Shown here: positions 27,772 through 40,853 of the stretch, piece after piece | How positions within the stretch are numbered: the first letter of the stretch is position 1 | How the letters are laid out: every line of letters begins with the position of its first letter | Notes under the pieces: model-generated | What the model saw: the letters and a program-made list of their open reading frames with translations, nothing else | Databases searched by the model: none | What the model was told of the DNA's origin: nothing | Position numbers and translations under genes: made by a program | Origin: the human T2T-CHM13v2.0 reference genome, Homo sapiens | Strand: one strand, 5' to 3' | DNA: 64,000 bases | Assembly: GCF_009914755.1 (NCBI RefSeq) | Contig: NC_060929.1

Positions 27772-29861
27772 TACTTTTTGTCATTAGCTTTGAGATAGCC
27801 TGCTTGATTTTACTGAAGTCCAATCTGAGTAACTAGATTTAGTGTCCCAGCAGCAGGGGAGAGACTCTTGTTACCCAGTAAATGGACAGAAGATGAGTTC
27901 AGGAAGCCTTCCCAGAGGGTTGAATCTAAATAAGTTGAATCTTACAAGAAAAGTAGGAATAAAAGAGGCACCACACATGTAAACACCCAGAGGAAGAGAA
28001 CTGTATGTGGGTGGGGTAGAGGAATAGCACTACACACCTGAGGGACCAGAAGCGAGAGAAACTCAAAGTTACCCTAAAGGCAATGGCTCCCAGTGGAGGA
28101 ACTACAGAGGGTAAAGAAAATCTACTGGTGTTTTAGAAAGAATGTTTTGGTGGTCATGTGGAAACCAGATTAGAGATGACCAGACAGGAGGGTATAATGG
28201 TGACACAGATAAATGAATACAAAAAAAAAAATACTCAAAAATACTCAAAAGACATTTAGGAGTTACTAAGCCATCTGGATGTGGGAGAGGAAGATCTCTC
28301 TAAGATCTTTCTAAGGCTAGCCAAAGCCAAAAATGGGCTTGGCTTTGGCGGTCAAAATGGGTATCTTTTTAGATACCTTAAAAAACTCAGTCACCCAGGA
28401 CAAAGCTGAGGATTCTTTATTTTTTATAAGTTTCAAAAATTTAAAGTCTAGATGAAAACTTCTCTGAAACATCCTAGATTTCTTGAATAGATATGCTCAC
28501 GTTATGCTAAGGTTTGTAATATATTGTGCTAAAGTAGATGCAAAATGAAGCAAACACTATAGTGATCCTACTACACGGCAGACACTGCTGTACTAGGATT
28601 GTCTTATTCAATTTACTTAAGGTCTATGGTTATCTGATTCTACCGTTTAAGAAGCAGAAGCTAAGGAGACAACAAGTCAAACATACAGTTCTGGAAAATA
28701 AGTTATTAAACATATTTCTGATGTTCTATATGGGTACTGTCACCAGAGAAAGACTAGAAAAGGTTCTCTGGGATTTAGGTTTTACCACTGTGTATTAGAT
28801 AGGCCATAATAATATATTGCATTATAACCTTCTTATCACTGTAGAAAGAACTGTCATCTTCAAAATAGGTTCTGCCTGACCTTTCCTCCTATTGCCACAC
28901 TCTAAAGCTGCTCTTGGCCTTACAGGGTTATCATTCTGAGCTAAAGATAGTCATCTGTACCTAAGCAGTGACATTCTATGTGGAAAGCCATAAGACAAGG
29001 CTGCTTCATTGCGGACCTCTCCACCAGCAGGGTGTGTTGTTCCTGCCTGCACCGTTACTGCAAATCTCCCAAGGCAGTATACAGATATTGGAAAAAGGCT
29101 TTGCTGATTAGGCATGTGATCCTGGTAAGTTACTCAGCCTCTCTAAGCTTCATATGTAAAATGAAGATGCTGGAATCTAACTCACGTTGGCCTATAAAGA
29201 CAAATACATCTGCCTGAATGTGCTAACTGCTCAGTAAATACCAGACATTAAGATCTTATTATCATCTCTACCTTTCCATCCCCTTTCATTTCTCAAACAT
29301 GTCTTCTGTAGCTTCTCCTATTCTTATCAGTTAATCACGATTCTTTCTTCCTACACAATAAACAACCATGTATGCTTCTCACATTCATGGTTATTCTTCA
29401 TCTTTTCATACCTCATGGTGGCTAAATTTCCACCATGAGTCAGATACACCCACACCAAACTACCATTTGGAAGTCTGAGCAACAAAAGGAAACAGGAATC
29501 AGTTCAAAGAATAACAGTAAGGTTACAATTAACAGGAGAAACCTAGACAGGACCAAAAAAGATAAATAAATAAAGAACAGAATAGAAAAGGTCTACATCT
29601 AAAAAAAAAAAAAAAAGAAATGCCTGATCAAACATTCTGAATCATAACCCAGAAATGAACAGAAACACTGATCAAATTTAAACAAAACAGGCAACTTAGA
29701 GCTGAGCAGCAACCTTCAGGGTTTACACCGTACATGAGAACCCAAACATATACTTTAAGCTTATGGTCTATTTCCCTCAGTATGGAAAGTAATTGATGGA
29801 GATATGCTTCTCCCTCAATCCCACTGGCATTAAGCTATTTATTTTTGACAAATGCACTTAC

Positions 29862-29974
29862 CAGAAGGCAGAATCAATTCCATGGTTTCATCATCATATT
29901 CCAAGTTCTTTTCTGAGGGCAACTCCTCAGCCTTATTGGGGTCCTCCCCTTCCTTGTGATCTGGATAGCTACTC
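29862..29974 (-). CDS. ZNF622: ZNF622 exon 4 (113 nt): SSYPDHKEGEDPNKAEELPSEKNLEYDDETMELILPS
   Basis: TATAG|G acceptor, CTG|GTAAGT donor; phases 2 and 1 fit the neighbouring exons. Confidence 0.96.
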
Positions 29975-30294
29975 CTATAACAGAGAAATTGCACTAATAA
30001 ATAGACTAATATCTCAAATTGAACTAAAAGACATAAACTCATTTGCAAATGTGGCAAACTTCCTAAGCTACCTAAAAGGGAGAGGGGAGGAAGCAGCTGT
30101 AGGAACTACCAGCTAAAAGGTTTTGGGAGAAAACAACTCGTTAGCATTTTGTCTGTAGTAGAAATGAGCAAATGACATATAACAGAATTCTATTTGTTTT
30201 TCCCTAGAAAGGCTGTCTAACAGAGAAGAAGGAGAATGTACAGCTGGACATGCAGCTATACTCAATTTAACCACTATAAAAACAAATTATAGAA

Positions 30295-30515
30295 CAGTGC
30301 TGTCCAACAGAACTCTGTGATGACAGAAAACGTTCTATCAATATGTCTTTGTGTCTGATACAGTAACTGCAATCACATGAGCTTTCCAGCACAGAACTTT
30401 GAAATGCAGGTAGTCTGACTGAAGAACTGAATGTTTAAATTTTTAATTAAACTTCCAATTTATTTAAATAGCTATATGGGTATACCCAGTAATTACTATA
30501 TTGGACAGTGCAGTT
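30295..30515 (+). mobile_element. hAT-Charlie MITE (MER3-like)
   Basis: CAGTGCTGTCCAACAG start and inverted TATTGGACAGTGCAG end. Confidence 0.7.
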
Positions 30516-30619
30516 CCACAAGAATCTCTATATTCCTAAAAATGTTGACAAAGGCTATTCATAGATACACATGAAAAAATAATTGGAAAAGTGTACATTA
30601 AATTATTAACAGTAAACCA

Positions 30620-31715
30620 GACAACCTAATAAGAAAATAGACAAAATGCTTGATCAGATACCTCACAAAAAGATATCCAAATGGCCAATGAATATGCAAA
30701 AAGCCTCTTGATTGCAGTAATCATCATCAGGGAGATGCAAATTAAAGCCACTACACACCCACCAAAGTTGCTAAGATGAAAAACTCTCCCTCACTACAAG
30801 TGGGAGTATAGAAAACCACTTTGGAAACCAATTTGACAGTATTTTCTAAAATGGAACATATGTATATCCTCTGGCCCAACTCCTACATATACACACAACA
30901 GATAACCTATAAACATTTGCCAAAGACACATTAGAATGATGTGGCAGCATTGTTTGTAATAGCCCCAAATTAGAAACCACTCAAATGTGTATCAACAGTA
31001 GACTAGATGTTGTGGAGCACTGAACAGAACACTCTGTAACAGTAAGAACTCTCCACAGCTATATAAAATAGTATGAATGGGTCTCCCAAACATAAAGTTG
31101 AGCAAAAGAAGCCACACCCAAGAGTACATTCTTTGTGATTCCATTTATATAAAGTATAAAAACAGGCAAAACCAATCTATGCAGCTATAAGTCAGAATAG
31201 TAGTTACTCTTGGAGAAAGGAGGGGTAGTTTCTGGAAGGACACACAAGGGAAATGTCAGGGTATTATTAACATGCTGTTTCTTGATCTAGGTGCTAGTTA
31301 TATTTAAAATTTCACTACACTGAATCATGATATCACAAGTACGGTCATCCCTTGGTATCCATGGGGGATTGCTTCCAGGACCTCCCTAGGATACTAAAAT
31401 TTGCAGATGTTCCAGTCCCTGATATAAAATGGTATAACATTTGCATATAACCTAAATCATTGCATACTTTAAATCATCTCTATATTACTTATTAATACCT
31501 AATACATTGTAAATGCTATGTAAATAGTTGTTACACAGTACTAAACGTTTAGGGAATAATGACAAGAAAAATAAGTCTGTGCATGTTCAGTATGGACAAA
31601 ATTTTTTTCGAATACTTTAGTTTGGATGCACAGATGGAGAATCTATGACTACAGAGGGCCAGCTGTATACATATATGCACTTTTCTGTAAGTTTATTCTT
31701 CAATAAAAAGTTTCA
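30620..31715 (+). mobile_element. Old L1M 3' fragment interrupted by a MER2-like Tigger MITE (31342-31664)
   Basis: ATCAGGGAGATGCAAATTAAAGCCAC and TGATTCCATTTATATAAAG L1 motifs; MER2-like copy bounded by TA. Confidence 0.7.
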
Positions 31716-31905
31716 GGTCCAAAATAAGTAAACAAGTTACCTTGTGAAGGGGAGTGAAATTTAGGTAATTTGTCATTTTTTAGCTGAGTGAATCCACATA
31801 AAATGCTTATTAGAACAGTGTCTGGCAGGTAAGCACTCCATAAACACTAGCTTTGTATGTAAAGGCTTTCTATTTTCCAAGTTTTCTTTATTAAGCATTA
31901 TCAAC

Positions 31906-32050
31906 TTTTTTTTTTTTCCTTTTTTTCCCCTAGAGACAGGGTCTCACTGTGTCACCTAGGCTGGCCTGAAACTCCTGGCCTCTGGTGATCCTCTTACCTC
32001 AGCCTCCTAAGCAGCTGGTACTACAGGCTCATGCCACCACACTTGGCTGA
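31906..32050 (-). mobile_element. Alu monomer (FLAM/AluJ fragment)
   Basis: T-tract then GAGACAGGGTCTCACTGTGTCACCTAGGCTGG. Confidence 0.8.
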
Positions 32051-32299
32051 CTTTTATTTTTTTAAGACAAACAAATCATTTAATATTCATTTTTAGGAAG
32101 AAAAGTTCATATAATTTCTCATTTCTAGGCACCAACAGAATAAAACTGTAAATGGAATGAAAAATACATCATCTGGACTAAGGGAGAACCGTTTCCATCA
32201 GTTACATATTTTAATTCAAACTAACGGTTTAAGCAACACCCAGTAAAGAACAAGAGTAACAACAACAAAAGGCTAGGGCTTGAAGCTTAGATTCTAGAA

Positions 32300-33270
32300 G
32301 GAGGAGACAATAAATAATATACAATACACACAATGGCAGTAGGGGATATAAGGAAAAATAAAACAGGATAAAAAGGATTGGGTAGGTGTTATTTTATGGA
32401 AGGTGGTCAAAAAAGGCCACACTGAGAAGGTGAAATTTATGTCAAGGCCTGCAAGAAGTGAGGGACAAGTCAAGTGAATATCTAAGCGAATACTATAAAC
32501 AAATACAGCAGCAAATGCAAAGGTCTTGAGAAACACACTTGATGCATTAGAGGAATAGTTAGGAATCCAGAGAGCAACTAATACAAAACCACAGAACCAC
32601 AGATGCTCCACACTATGTGCAGGGCCTTGCAGGCCATTATACTTTGGCTTTTACTTTGAGTAAGATAGGTAGTCTTTGAAAGAATCTGAGCAGAGTTTGA
32701 CCTCACTTAATGTTTTAAAAGGATCCCCCTAGTTACAGTTTTGAGAATAGAACATAGTGGGTAGTAAGGATGTAAATATGGAGACCAGGCAGCAGGAGGC
32801 TACTGTAGGAAGTCAGGCGAAAGATGATGGTGCCCTGGACCTGGGTAGTAGCCATAGAAGTAGTGAGAAGCAGTCAGCCTCTGAAGATAGATAGTGCAAA
32901 AGCAGATAAAGCAGAATTTGGTGATCGATTCTAATGTAAGCATGAAAGAAAATAGAAGAATAAAGGAAGACTGCATGGCATTTGGCTTAAGTAACTAGAA
33001 GGACAGAGATGCCATTTACTTACAGAGAGCAGACTAGGATGCATAGCAGGAGTTGATTTTGGACAGGTTAAGTTAATGATTCCTTTTGGACACAAGTAGA
33101 AATATCAAGGAGGCAGCTGGATATCTTCAGTTTACAGCTGAGGGGAAGGCTATACTAGAGATATAAATGTGGGGGTCACGGGCCTACAGAAGATATTGAA
33201 ATCTATGAGACTGGGTAGGATTCTGAATATAACCACAGGATGAGAGACTGAGTGCTGGGCATTCCAAGCC
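32300..33270 (-). mobile_element. L2 LINE fragment
   Basis: Typical L2 text such as TTTTAAAAGGATCCCCCTAGTTAC, GGAGGCTACTGTAG, GAGATGCCATTTACT; boundaries approximate. Confidence 0.6.
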
Positions 33271-33724
33271 TACTGCTGATGGCAGCTGCTTAACTATCCA
33301 TGGTATTTGCTTTGACCACTCTGATTACAACATCAGTCAAAAGGTCATAAACACTGCTGTCTAAAAGGAAACTTGAGAGGGATAAATACTGAAAGAGGAT
33401 GCTTCCCACCACCAGCAGACATTCATTGTCTTCTCTACTGCCACAGCCTCTAATCCTCCCCTCTACCTCCACCCAGTCATGTCCACCAACTGCAAGTCTC
33501 CAGCTGCAAAATGAGAAATCAGGGAGAAAATGCAAAAGGAAGACTTAAAAGACTGAGACTTTTCTGAACATGGTATCACTTGGTCTATGCATGCCTGGCA
33601 TGGTAATTATACACATCTGCTTATCTCCTGTGCTAGCTCACAGGAATTTTGACAACTAGTTGTTCACAAGTACTTAACATACATTTGCTAAATGACATAC
33701 AAAAAAATTCAAGATTCTAGTTAG

Positions 33725-34008
33725 GGCCGGGCATGGTATCTCACACCTGTAATCCCAGCACTTTGGGAGACTGAGGTGGGTGGATCACTTGGGTCTAGGA
33801 GTTCAAGACCAGCCTGGGTAACATGGCGAAACCCCATCTCTACAAAAAGTACAAAAATTAGCAGGGCATATTGGTGCACACTAGCTGCTGGGGAGGCTGT
33901 GGTGGGAGGATCATCTGAGCTCAGGGAAGCTGAGGCTGCAGTAGGCCATGATTGTGCCACTGTCCTCCAGCCTGGGTGACAGCAAAAATCTTTCTCAGAG
34001 AAAAAAAA
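33725..34008 (+). mobile_element. Alu SINE (AluJ-like) with TSD
   Basis: AAGATTCTAGTTAG duplicated on both flanks. Confidence 0.9.
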
Positions 34009-34452
34009 AGATTCTAGTTAGGGGTGAACCACCAATGGGGTAATCTCACCATCAGATGCCTGGTTTGGGCCTGGTTTAGCAACTGTCTCAACTCCTTCAG
34101 GAGACAGCTGGTGATGCAAGGACTCTCCAGGAACCCAATATGTGAAACCTAATTTCTGTACCTCTGTTCAAGGGGTAACTGGCAAAACTGAACTCTTGAT
34201 GTTTTAACCAGAACAAAAACAAAAACAAGTCAAACTTCAGTCTGGGTCTAAGGTCTTCTCTTCACTAGATGTGTTAAACTCTGTTAAACTGAGTTTCTCA
34301 ACTACAAAGAAAGAACTACCTAATACAGAGGTGTTATAAGTGTTATTAAGGATATGTTGTACAGTGCCAAACATATCCAGCACTGGCACACCTAATAATC
34401 ACTTCAAAGCAAATATGACCTCACTTTACTTCATATTACAAACTATGCTTAC

Positions 34453-34615
34453 CTAAAATCATAGAAGTCTGCAAATTCCAAAGCAGCATCGCCATCTGTG
34501 AAGAGCTTACAGTGGCTTTTGTCATTCATATGTGCCTGTACAGCTTCTGTGGAGTAGAAGGACTTCCCTTTCTCGTTGCACCACAAGCAAATCTTGCCAA
34601 CACCAACTTTCTCTC
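34453..34615 (-). CDS. ZNF622: ZNF622 exon 3 (163 nt): EKVGVGKICLWCNEKGKSFYSTEAVQAHMNDKSHCKLFTDGDAALEFADFYDF
   Basis: TCTAG|GA acceptor, TAG|GTAAGC donor; C2H2-type finger; not in the ORF track, translated by hand. Confidence 0.96.
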
Positions 34616-34826
34616 CTAGAAAAATAATTTAAGGAAAAAATATGAAAAAAGCTTTTTGCAACCAGATTAAATCTCACTATTTGTCACCAAAACTCAAAAA
34701 TCATTCACAAAATAACCAAGCAATTATATCAAAGATTGATGAAAAATGCAAAACTAATGTTCCCTTGAGACCAGTCCCCCAATAATGTGATTATTTCCTC
34801 ATTAAAAGGAAAACTATTGTACTTAC

Positions 34827-35087
34827 CCAAGTATTTAATCAGTCCCTTAATATCTGAAAGATATTCTATATCAGGAATAAAGAAACTGTGGTCTTTGGTC
34901 ATGTGAGCCACATTCTTCATCAGCGAGCTGGAATGATGGGAACAAAATAAGCAGTCCGTGATAGGGATGGCACCAAGGGGTGGGCCTTCCTCAGCCTCTT
35001 CCTCCTCTGCATCCTGCTCCACCACATCGTCCATTGCTTCAGTATCCTCACATTCCAATTCTTCATCAGAATCAATATCTTCCCAAT
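34827..35087 (-). CDS. ZNF622: ZNF622 exon 2 (261 nt): DWEDIDSDEE...CLFCSHHSSSLMKNVAHMTKDHSFFIPDIEYLSDIKGLIKYL
   Basis: TGCAG|AT acceptor, TGG|GTAAGT donor; acidic tract plus zinc finger; core of ORF 34729-35148. Confidence 0.97.
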
Positions 35088-35487
35088 CTGCAAGCCAGAA
35101 TTTTGAAATATAAAGTTTAAGAAAAGTAGTAGCAAGCAAAGATATCACAAAAATTCACGAGGTGATACAGTCCTATATTTGGAGAAACAGCCACACCCCA
35201 ACTCCCAAGGACAACTCCTCTTTCAAGATCTCAATTTTAGCTATTTGTTTACCACAGACTCATCTGAATGGCCATGAAACTCCTTAGTCTTTCTTTTCCA
35301 GGAAACAGGAATCTTTTCTTTGTTTCTTTCCTATGCCTTACAGCACCTAGCCCAGTGCTGAAAATATAGTTAGGAAGTCTCCTACCTGCCTGGATATTTT
35401 TATAAACTTCTAAAACAATGCCTCTATCTACTATTTCACAAAAGTACTATGGGGTGTGTGTATGTGCTGGTAGGGTGCTCTATGAAC

Positions 35488-35849
35488 GGCTATGGTTTGA
35501 ATGCATGTTTCCCTCCCAAAATTCAAATGTTGAAACTTAATCATCAATGAAATGGCATTAAGAGGTGGGGCCTTTAGTGGGTGATTAGGTTAGGCAAGCA
35601 CTAATCCTGAATAAATGGATTAGTGCGAGGGAACTGGCTAGCCCCTTTTTTGCCTTCTGCTTCTTCCACCACATGATGACACCATGAGAAAACTTCATCT
35701 ATAGAACAGGCCCTCACCAGACACTGACTCTGCCAGCACCTTGATTTTGGACTTCCCAATTTCCAGAACTATGGGAAAATACATTTATGTTGTTCATAAA
35801 TCACCCAGTCTCTAGTACTTCCTTATAGCAGAGTGGACAGACTAAGACA
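35488..35849 (+). mobile_element. Solo MaLR LTR (MST/MLT1A-like) in ZNF622 intron 1
   Basis: GCTATGGTTTGAATG start, GACTAAGACA end; TSD TGAAC at 35483-35487 and 35850-35854. Confidence 0.85.
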
Positions 35850-36359
35850 TGAACACCTACACCAGCACTGTTAATAGGATGTGGGATGAGGGAAGTAAGG
35901 AATAAATAGCTCATAAAGGCAAAGAGGTGAGGGTGCTGGCTCCAGCTCCAAATTTCTGGCTGAGTTGGTTTTGATCCCCTCATTCTGTTTTACTCAACTA
36001 AATTAAGTGCAAAACCATCATAACTGGAAACCCACTAGAATCGCAAATTACACGGCAGCTGGTATGACGATAGCATGTCCTCCTGTGCATATGTTAAAAG
36101 CCTCTTCATCCAAAACACAGAAGGCATCAATTCATTCTCCAAATATGCATTAAGCACTTCTTTTTCCAGACAAGGTTTTAGGCCTTGGAGAATGAATTGA
36201 GTGAACTAAACAGCCAAACCTGCTGGCCAGATAAGGCACTTCAGAAAGCGTCTAAACCACCTTCCCTCATCATTTTTACTTAAAAGCTCTCAAACACACA
36301 CACACACCCATCTCGAGTATAAATCTGGAAACTTAAGGGTGGGCCAAGTTCCTCTTTAC

Positions 36360-37700
36360 CCTCCCCGCCCAGACAGGGCCATCACCGTCTCCATCCAGGT
36401 CCTCTTCCTCCTCCTCGCTGTCCTCCTCCTGCTGCTTTGCCAACTTCTTCGCCTGCTGTTCAAACCACTGGAGCCGGGGTGGTTTCTCACTCGGGTCTCG
36501 GTCGTGGGTCCCACGGCCACCAGTACCCACGGCCACGACATTCCTGGCCTCCTTTGCAGGCGCTGGGGGCGCCTTCTTGGGAGACATGGACGGCTGGGCC
36601 TTGATGGCCTGCTGGATGGCCGCGTTCATGGCATCCTTGTCCACACTGTCCACGCCCAGTCCTTTCTCCAAGTTCTTTTCATTCATCATCTCCACTTTCC
36701 GATTCACTGCCTGCACGGCCTTCTTCTCCAGCTCAACGTGACGCCGGGACTTGAGGTGGTTCTCGTAGGCGTTGAAAGAGGCAAACTTCTTACTGCAAAC
36801 GGTGCAGTAGGTGGCCGAGCCCTTGCTCTCCTCCTCCGCGACGGCCCGCTGCGCCCGCACTCGCTCCTGGAAGCCCTCGGCGGTCACTGGGGCCATGCTG
36901 GCCACCTTCCGCCGCAGGTTGTAGCGGTGCCAGTCCGTCTTATAGTGGGCCCGCTGCATGTCCGCGTCGCGGAACGCCACCCGGCAAGTTATGCAGGTGT
37001 ACGTCGCCATTGCCAGGCGAGAAATAAGAACCGACCAAGCCAAACACCTGGTGATCAGCGCCGTGGCCCCACAAGACCCTCAGACCTTAACCCGCCTCAG
37101 CAGCCAGGAAGAGCCACTCGACACGCCGACTTCCTGATTGTCACTGAGGAAACTTCCGGCACACGTCGGAAGTTATTCACAACTGGACAGGAAACCCGCC
37201 TCTCAGGCTGTGGCCACGCCTCCGCCGCCGTGAGGCCCAGGAAGCCGAGGGAACGCTGTGGCTGAAAGGGACCTGGGTCCGCTCAGTCAGCCCGAGGTGG
37301 CTGTTGATTGAGGGAGGTCGCGCCCTCCCAGTTACCTTCCCTGGTGGTTGTGCCGCTCGGTGTGACGCGGTCAAGGGGACGGCTACGCGAGAATGGGGGA
37401 GTGGGGCGCCCGAGGCTGCTCCTGGGCCCTGGGAAGCCCCCGATTAATGAATGGTCGGGTCAGCGACGCGAGGGTCGGGGTTTCTCTGAGGACCGCGCGC
37501 TGCACCTGCGGAGCCGGGTGAATGGATGTCGCGAAGGCAAGGGCTGCCCTTACCCCTCGGGGCCGACCTCGGAGCCCTCGCCCGTGGTTGCAACGCTTTC
37601 CCGGGAAACCGGAGAAGCCAGGCCGGGGGCTCGGCCTTTCTGAGGCGGCCCTTCCGGCGGAGGACACCGGCGGAATTTGAGTGCACAGAGTGCGCGAGAG
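36360..37700. promoter_or_regulatory. ZNF622: CpG island / ZNF622 promoter with clustered ETS (GABPA-type) sites
   Basis: Dense CpG and high GC; ACTTCCTG ~37129, ACTTCCGG 37152, CGGAAGT 37167; no TATA box seen. Confidence 0.85.
36386..37010 (-). CDS. ZNF622: ZNF622 exon 1 coding part (625 nt): MATYTCITCRVAF...two zinc fingers...EEEEEDLDGD
   Basis: ATG at 37010 in GCAATGG Kozak context; HYKTDWHRYNLRRK Rei1-family motif; ACG|GTGATG donor in phase with exon 2. Confidence 0.97.
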
Positions 37701-38016
37701 GAGCTCCCTGTAGACACACAGTCCAAGCCACGTAGGTAATTCTAATAGCAGCCACATTTTTAAAGAGTAAAGAGAAATCGGTGAAACTGCTTTTAATGTG
37801 TTTAATTTAGCCCATCCTGTCATTTCAGCATGTAATCAGTCTAAAAGAATTAATTAGATCTTTTACGCTCTGTCGTTGGTTCTAAGTCTTGGAAATCCAG
37901 TGTGTGTTTTAGAGTTAACAGCCCATCTCAATTTGGACTAGACCCGTGCCAGGTGCCCAGTTGGCTGTGTACCCTCATGTATATAGGACAGCAAAGTTCT
38001 GTAGAAAAGAACTTCA

Positions 38017-38507
<491 letters not shown>

Positions 38508-38808
38508 CTATTCTCCGAGGCTCTACCCCTCCCTCTGAGGTCCTGCCACACCCCCTTCTCTACCCTGCTCACCCTACTTGAGTCGCAATGACACATTTGA
38601 TGTTCTTCTAACAAGCACTTTAGTTGGTACTAAGTCAGAAAGTCAGAAATCCATTACTCTTCTGCTTGGAACATCCTTTTGCTGGCTTGCTTCCTTATTT
38701 TTTGGATCTCTGCCCAAATGCCTTTGTAAGAGAGGCTTATCCAAATCCACTTACCAAAAATAGTGCCTACCTTCCTAAGTCCTTACCAGGCATAACTTTT
38801 CTCCAGTA

Positions 38809-39285
38809 CTGTATTAGTTATCTACTACTCTGTATTAAATTACCCCCAAATTTAGCATCAAGCTTTATTTCAGTTTCTGTATGTCAGGTATTTGAGTGAC
38901 TCAGCTGGGTGGTTCTGACTAAGATCTCCTAAGAGGTTGCAGTGAACATGCTGTCCAGGGCTAAAATCATCTGAAGATCTGACTGTATTTGACTGTGGCT
39001 GGAGAGTCTCCCTTAAAGATGGTTCATTTACATAGCTGATAGCAAGAGGTTTTGGTTCCTTGACAAGTAGGCCTCTCCATAGGGCTGCTTGAGTGCAGCA
39101 GAGAGCCACATGAAATTCATAGACCTAGCATTGGAAGTCACACAGTCGTTTCCACAATGTGTTGTTACTTTTGCAGGTCAGCCCTATTTAATGTGAGAAG
39201 GGTTAACATAAGGGCATGAATACCAGGAAGTGGGAAGTGGGGGGCAGGGTGGTTTTAGGGGATCATTGGGAGATCAGCTACCACT
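38809..39285 (-). mobile_element. MaLR LTR (MLT1-like)
   Basis: TGTATTAGTTATCTACT...AAATTACCCCAAATTTAGC...CTCTCCATAGGGCTGCTTGAGTG. Confidence 0.65.
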
Positions 39286-40853
39286 AGCATTTGTTGTCAC
39301 TGATTTCCCAGGCTTAGCACTGGAAGTCCTGCATCCCAGGAAATCCCTCAATCCTGGGCAAACCAGGATGTCTAGTCACACTGCATGTTAGTCATCTGCG
39401 TCTAGATAGAACATAAGCTCCATGACAGCAAGCACTCCTTTGTTGTATACCCTAATGCTAGAACAGTGCCAGCAGATCAACTGTTCAGTATTTGTTAAAC
39501 GAATCTTTTGCAGTGCAAAAGTTAAGTCAGATGGTGATTTTTATTTCTGAAAACTTATTTTGAGATTATCAGTATCTTTTAAAATAGCTGAGCCATCTGG
39601 ATACTCACTTTGAGAAATGTAGCTAGTATTAGTTGTTAACTGGAATAAGCAAAGCAGAGTATATTTTCAAGCTTCCCTAAAAAGTAAAGCAGAAGATGGC
39701 TATAAAAGTAAAGAACTTCTGGTTTTACTTTTGCCTATTATCATTCTTATATGGCTCTTCCAGCATCTGTTCTTCAGGTCACTATTTCCTCCCTGCCTCC
39801 TCTAATCTATTTTCATGTTCCTCCTATTTCAGCATCATTGAACTCTCCAGTTTCTTTACTTTTCTTCTTTAAAGGGGTATTGTTTCCTCCGCCATACTAA
39901 TTTTCCAATGTACTGTTCTTCTGCAGTCTCCAAGATAACCTTACTCTTTCCCCATATCCCCCTCTACAGTAAATACAGGTAATCAGTAATTTTCCTGTAG
40001 TATTTTTTTCATATGTCACTTTTTCTGTTCAAGAATAGTTGTCTGATGCCCATAAGATAAAGTTTAAATTCCATTTGTATCTTTCCTTTCCTGGCTTTCG
40101 TATCTCCCATAGTCTCTCCCACATGCTATGTATTTTTTGTAATATTCTACTGGTTCTAAATTAAGGCATTCCTACCCTCACGAAGTTTTTTTTTTTTTTT
40201 TTTTTTTTTACTTCTTAGGGATGATAAAAAAATATTTACAGTTAAATAGCTGGATCTAGTACAATGAAATATAAAGAAAGGGCTAATGAGTATTTAGGAT
40301 AGAGAAATCTCATGCCATTAGAGAGATCAGAAAAGTTTTCATTAAGGAGTAGACATTTCAGATGGGTCCTAAAGGAGAAGATTGAGGACTCTGCAAGTGG
40401 AAAGGGAGGTGGAACAGGTAGAAGAAATACTGTGGAGGGAGGAAAATCAAGGACATATTTAAGAAGAATGTGTCTACGTTGGATGAAGCTTAGGATACAA
40501 ACAAGGGAAAATGAGACTAGAGAGAGCCACGATATCATTGGCAAAAGACTTGGATTGTTGTGTTTACTGCTCATGCTTCATTTGATGGAGAGTCACAGAA
40601 TGTTTCAGCTTGTATGGCACCAGGAATAGAAGTGGGCCTTGAGTAAATCCAGCAGCAGTATCTGGAACTAATTGGAGAAAAAAAAAAAGAGTAGGTCTAC
40701 AGCCAATACCTCCTTGGTAAATGCAAGGGACTGTTGAGTAAAATCTCTGCGGCACATCCTCAGCACTCTTAATGTGTCTAACCTCTGCTGACAGTACTGC
40801 TATCAAAAAAAATTACCAAATTGATCACTCTGAAGAATTTAAACTAAGATCAC

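Noticed and set aside
37011-37079. In-frame upstream extension of ZNF622 from TTG/CTG codons
   Set aside because: The ATG at 37010 has a strong Kozak context and matches the family N-terminus; nothing in the sequence supports near-cognate initiation
36339-37265. 308-aa plus-strand ORF antisense to ZNF622 exon 1
   Set aside because: GTG start, lies in a GC-rich CpG island opposite a real CDS where stop codons are scarce; no recognisable domain
37177-37823. Cluster of 65-146 aa ORFs upstream of ZNF622
   Set aside because: Expected by chance in CpG-island DNA; Pro/Arg/Gly-rich with no homology cues
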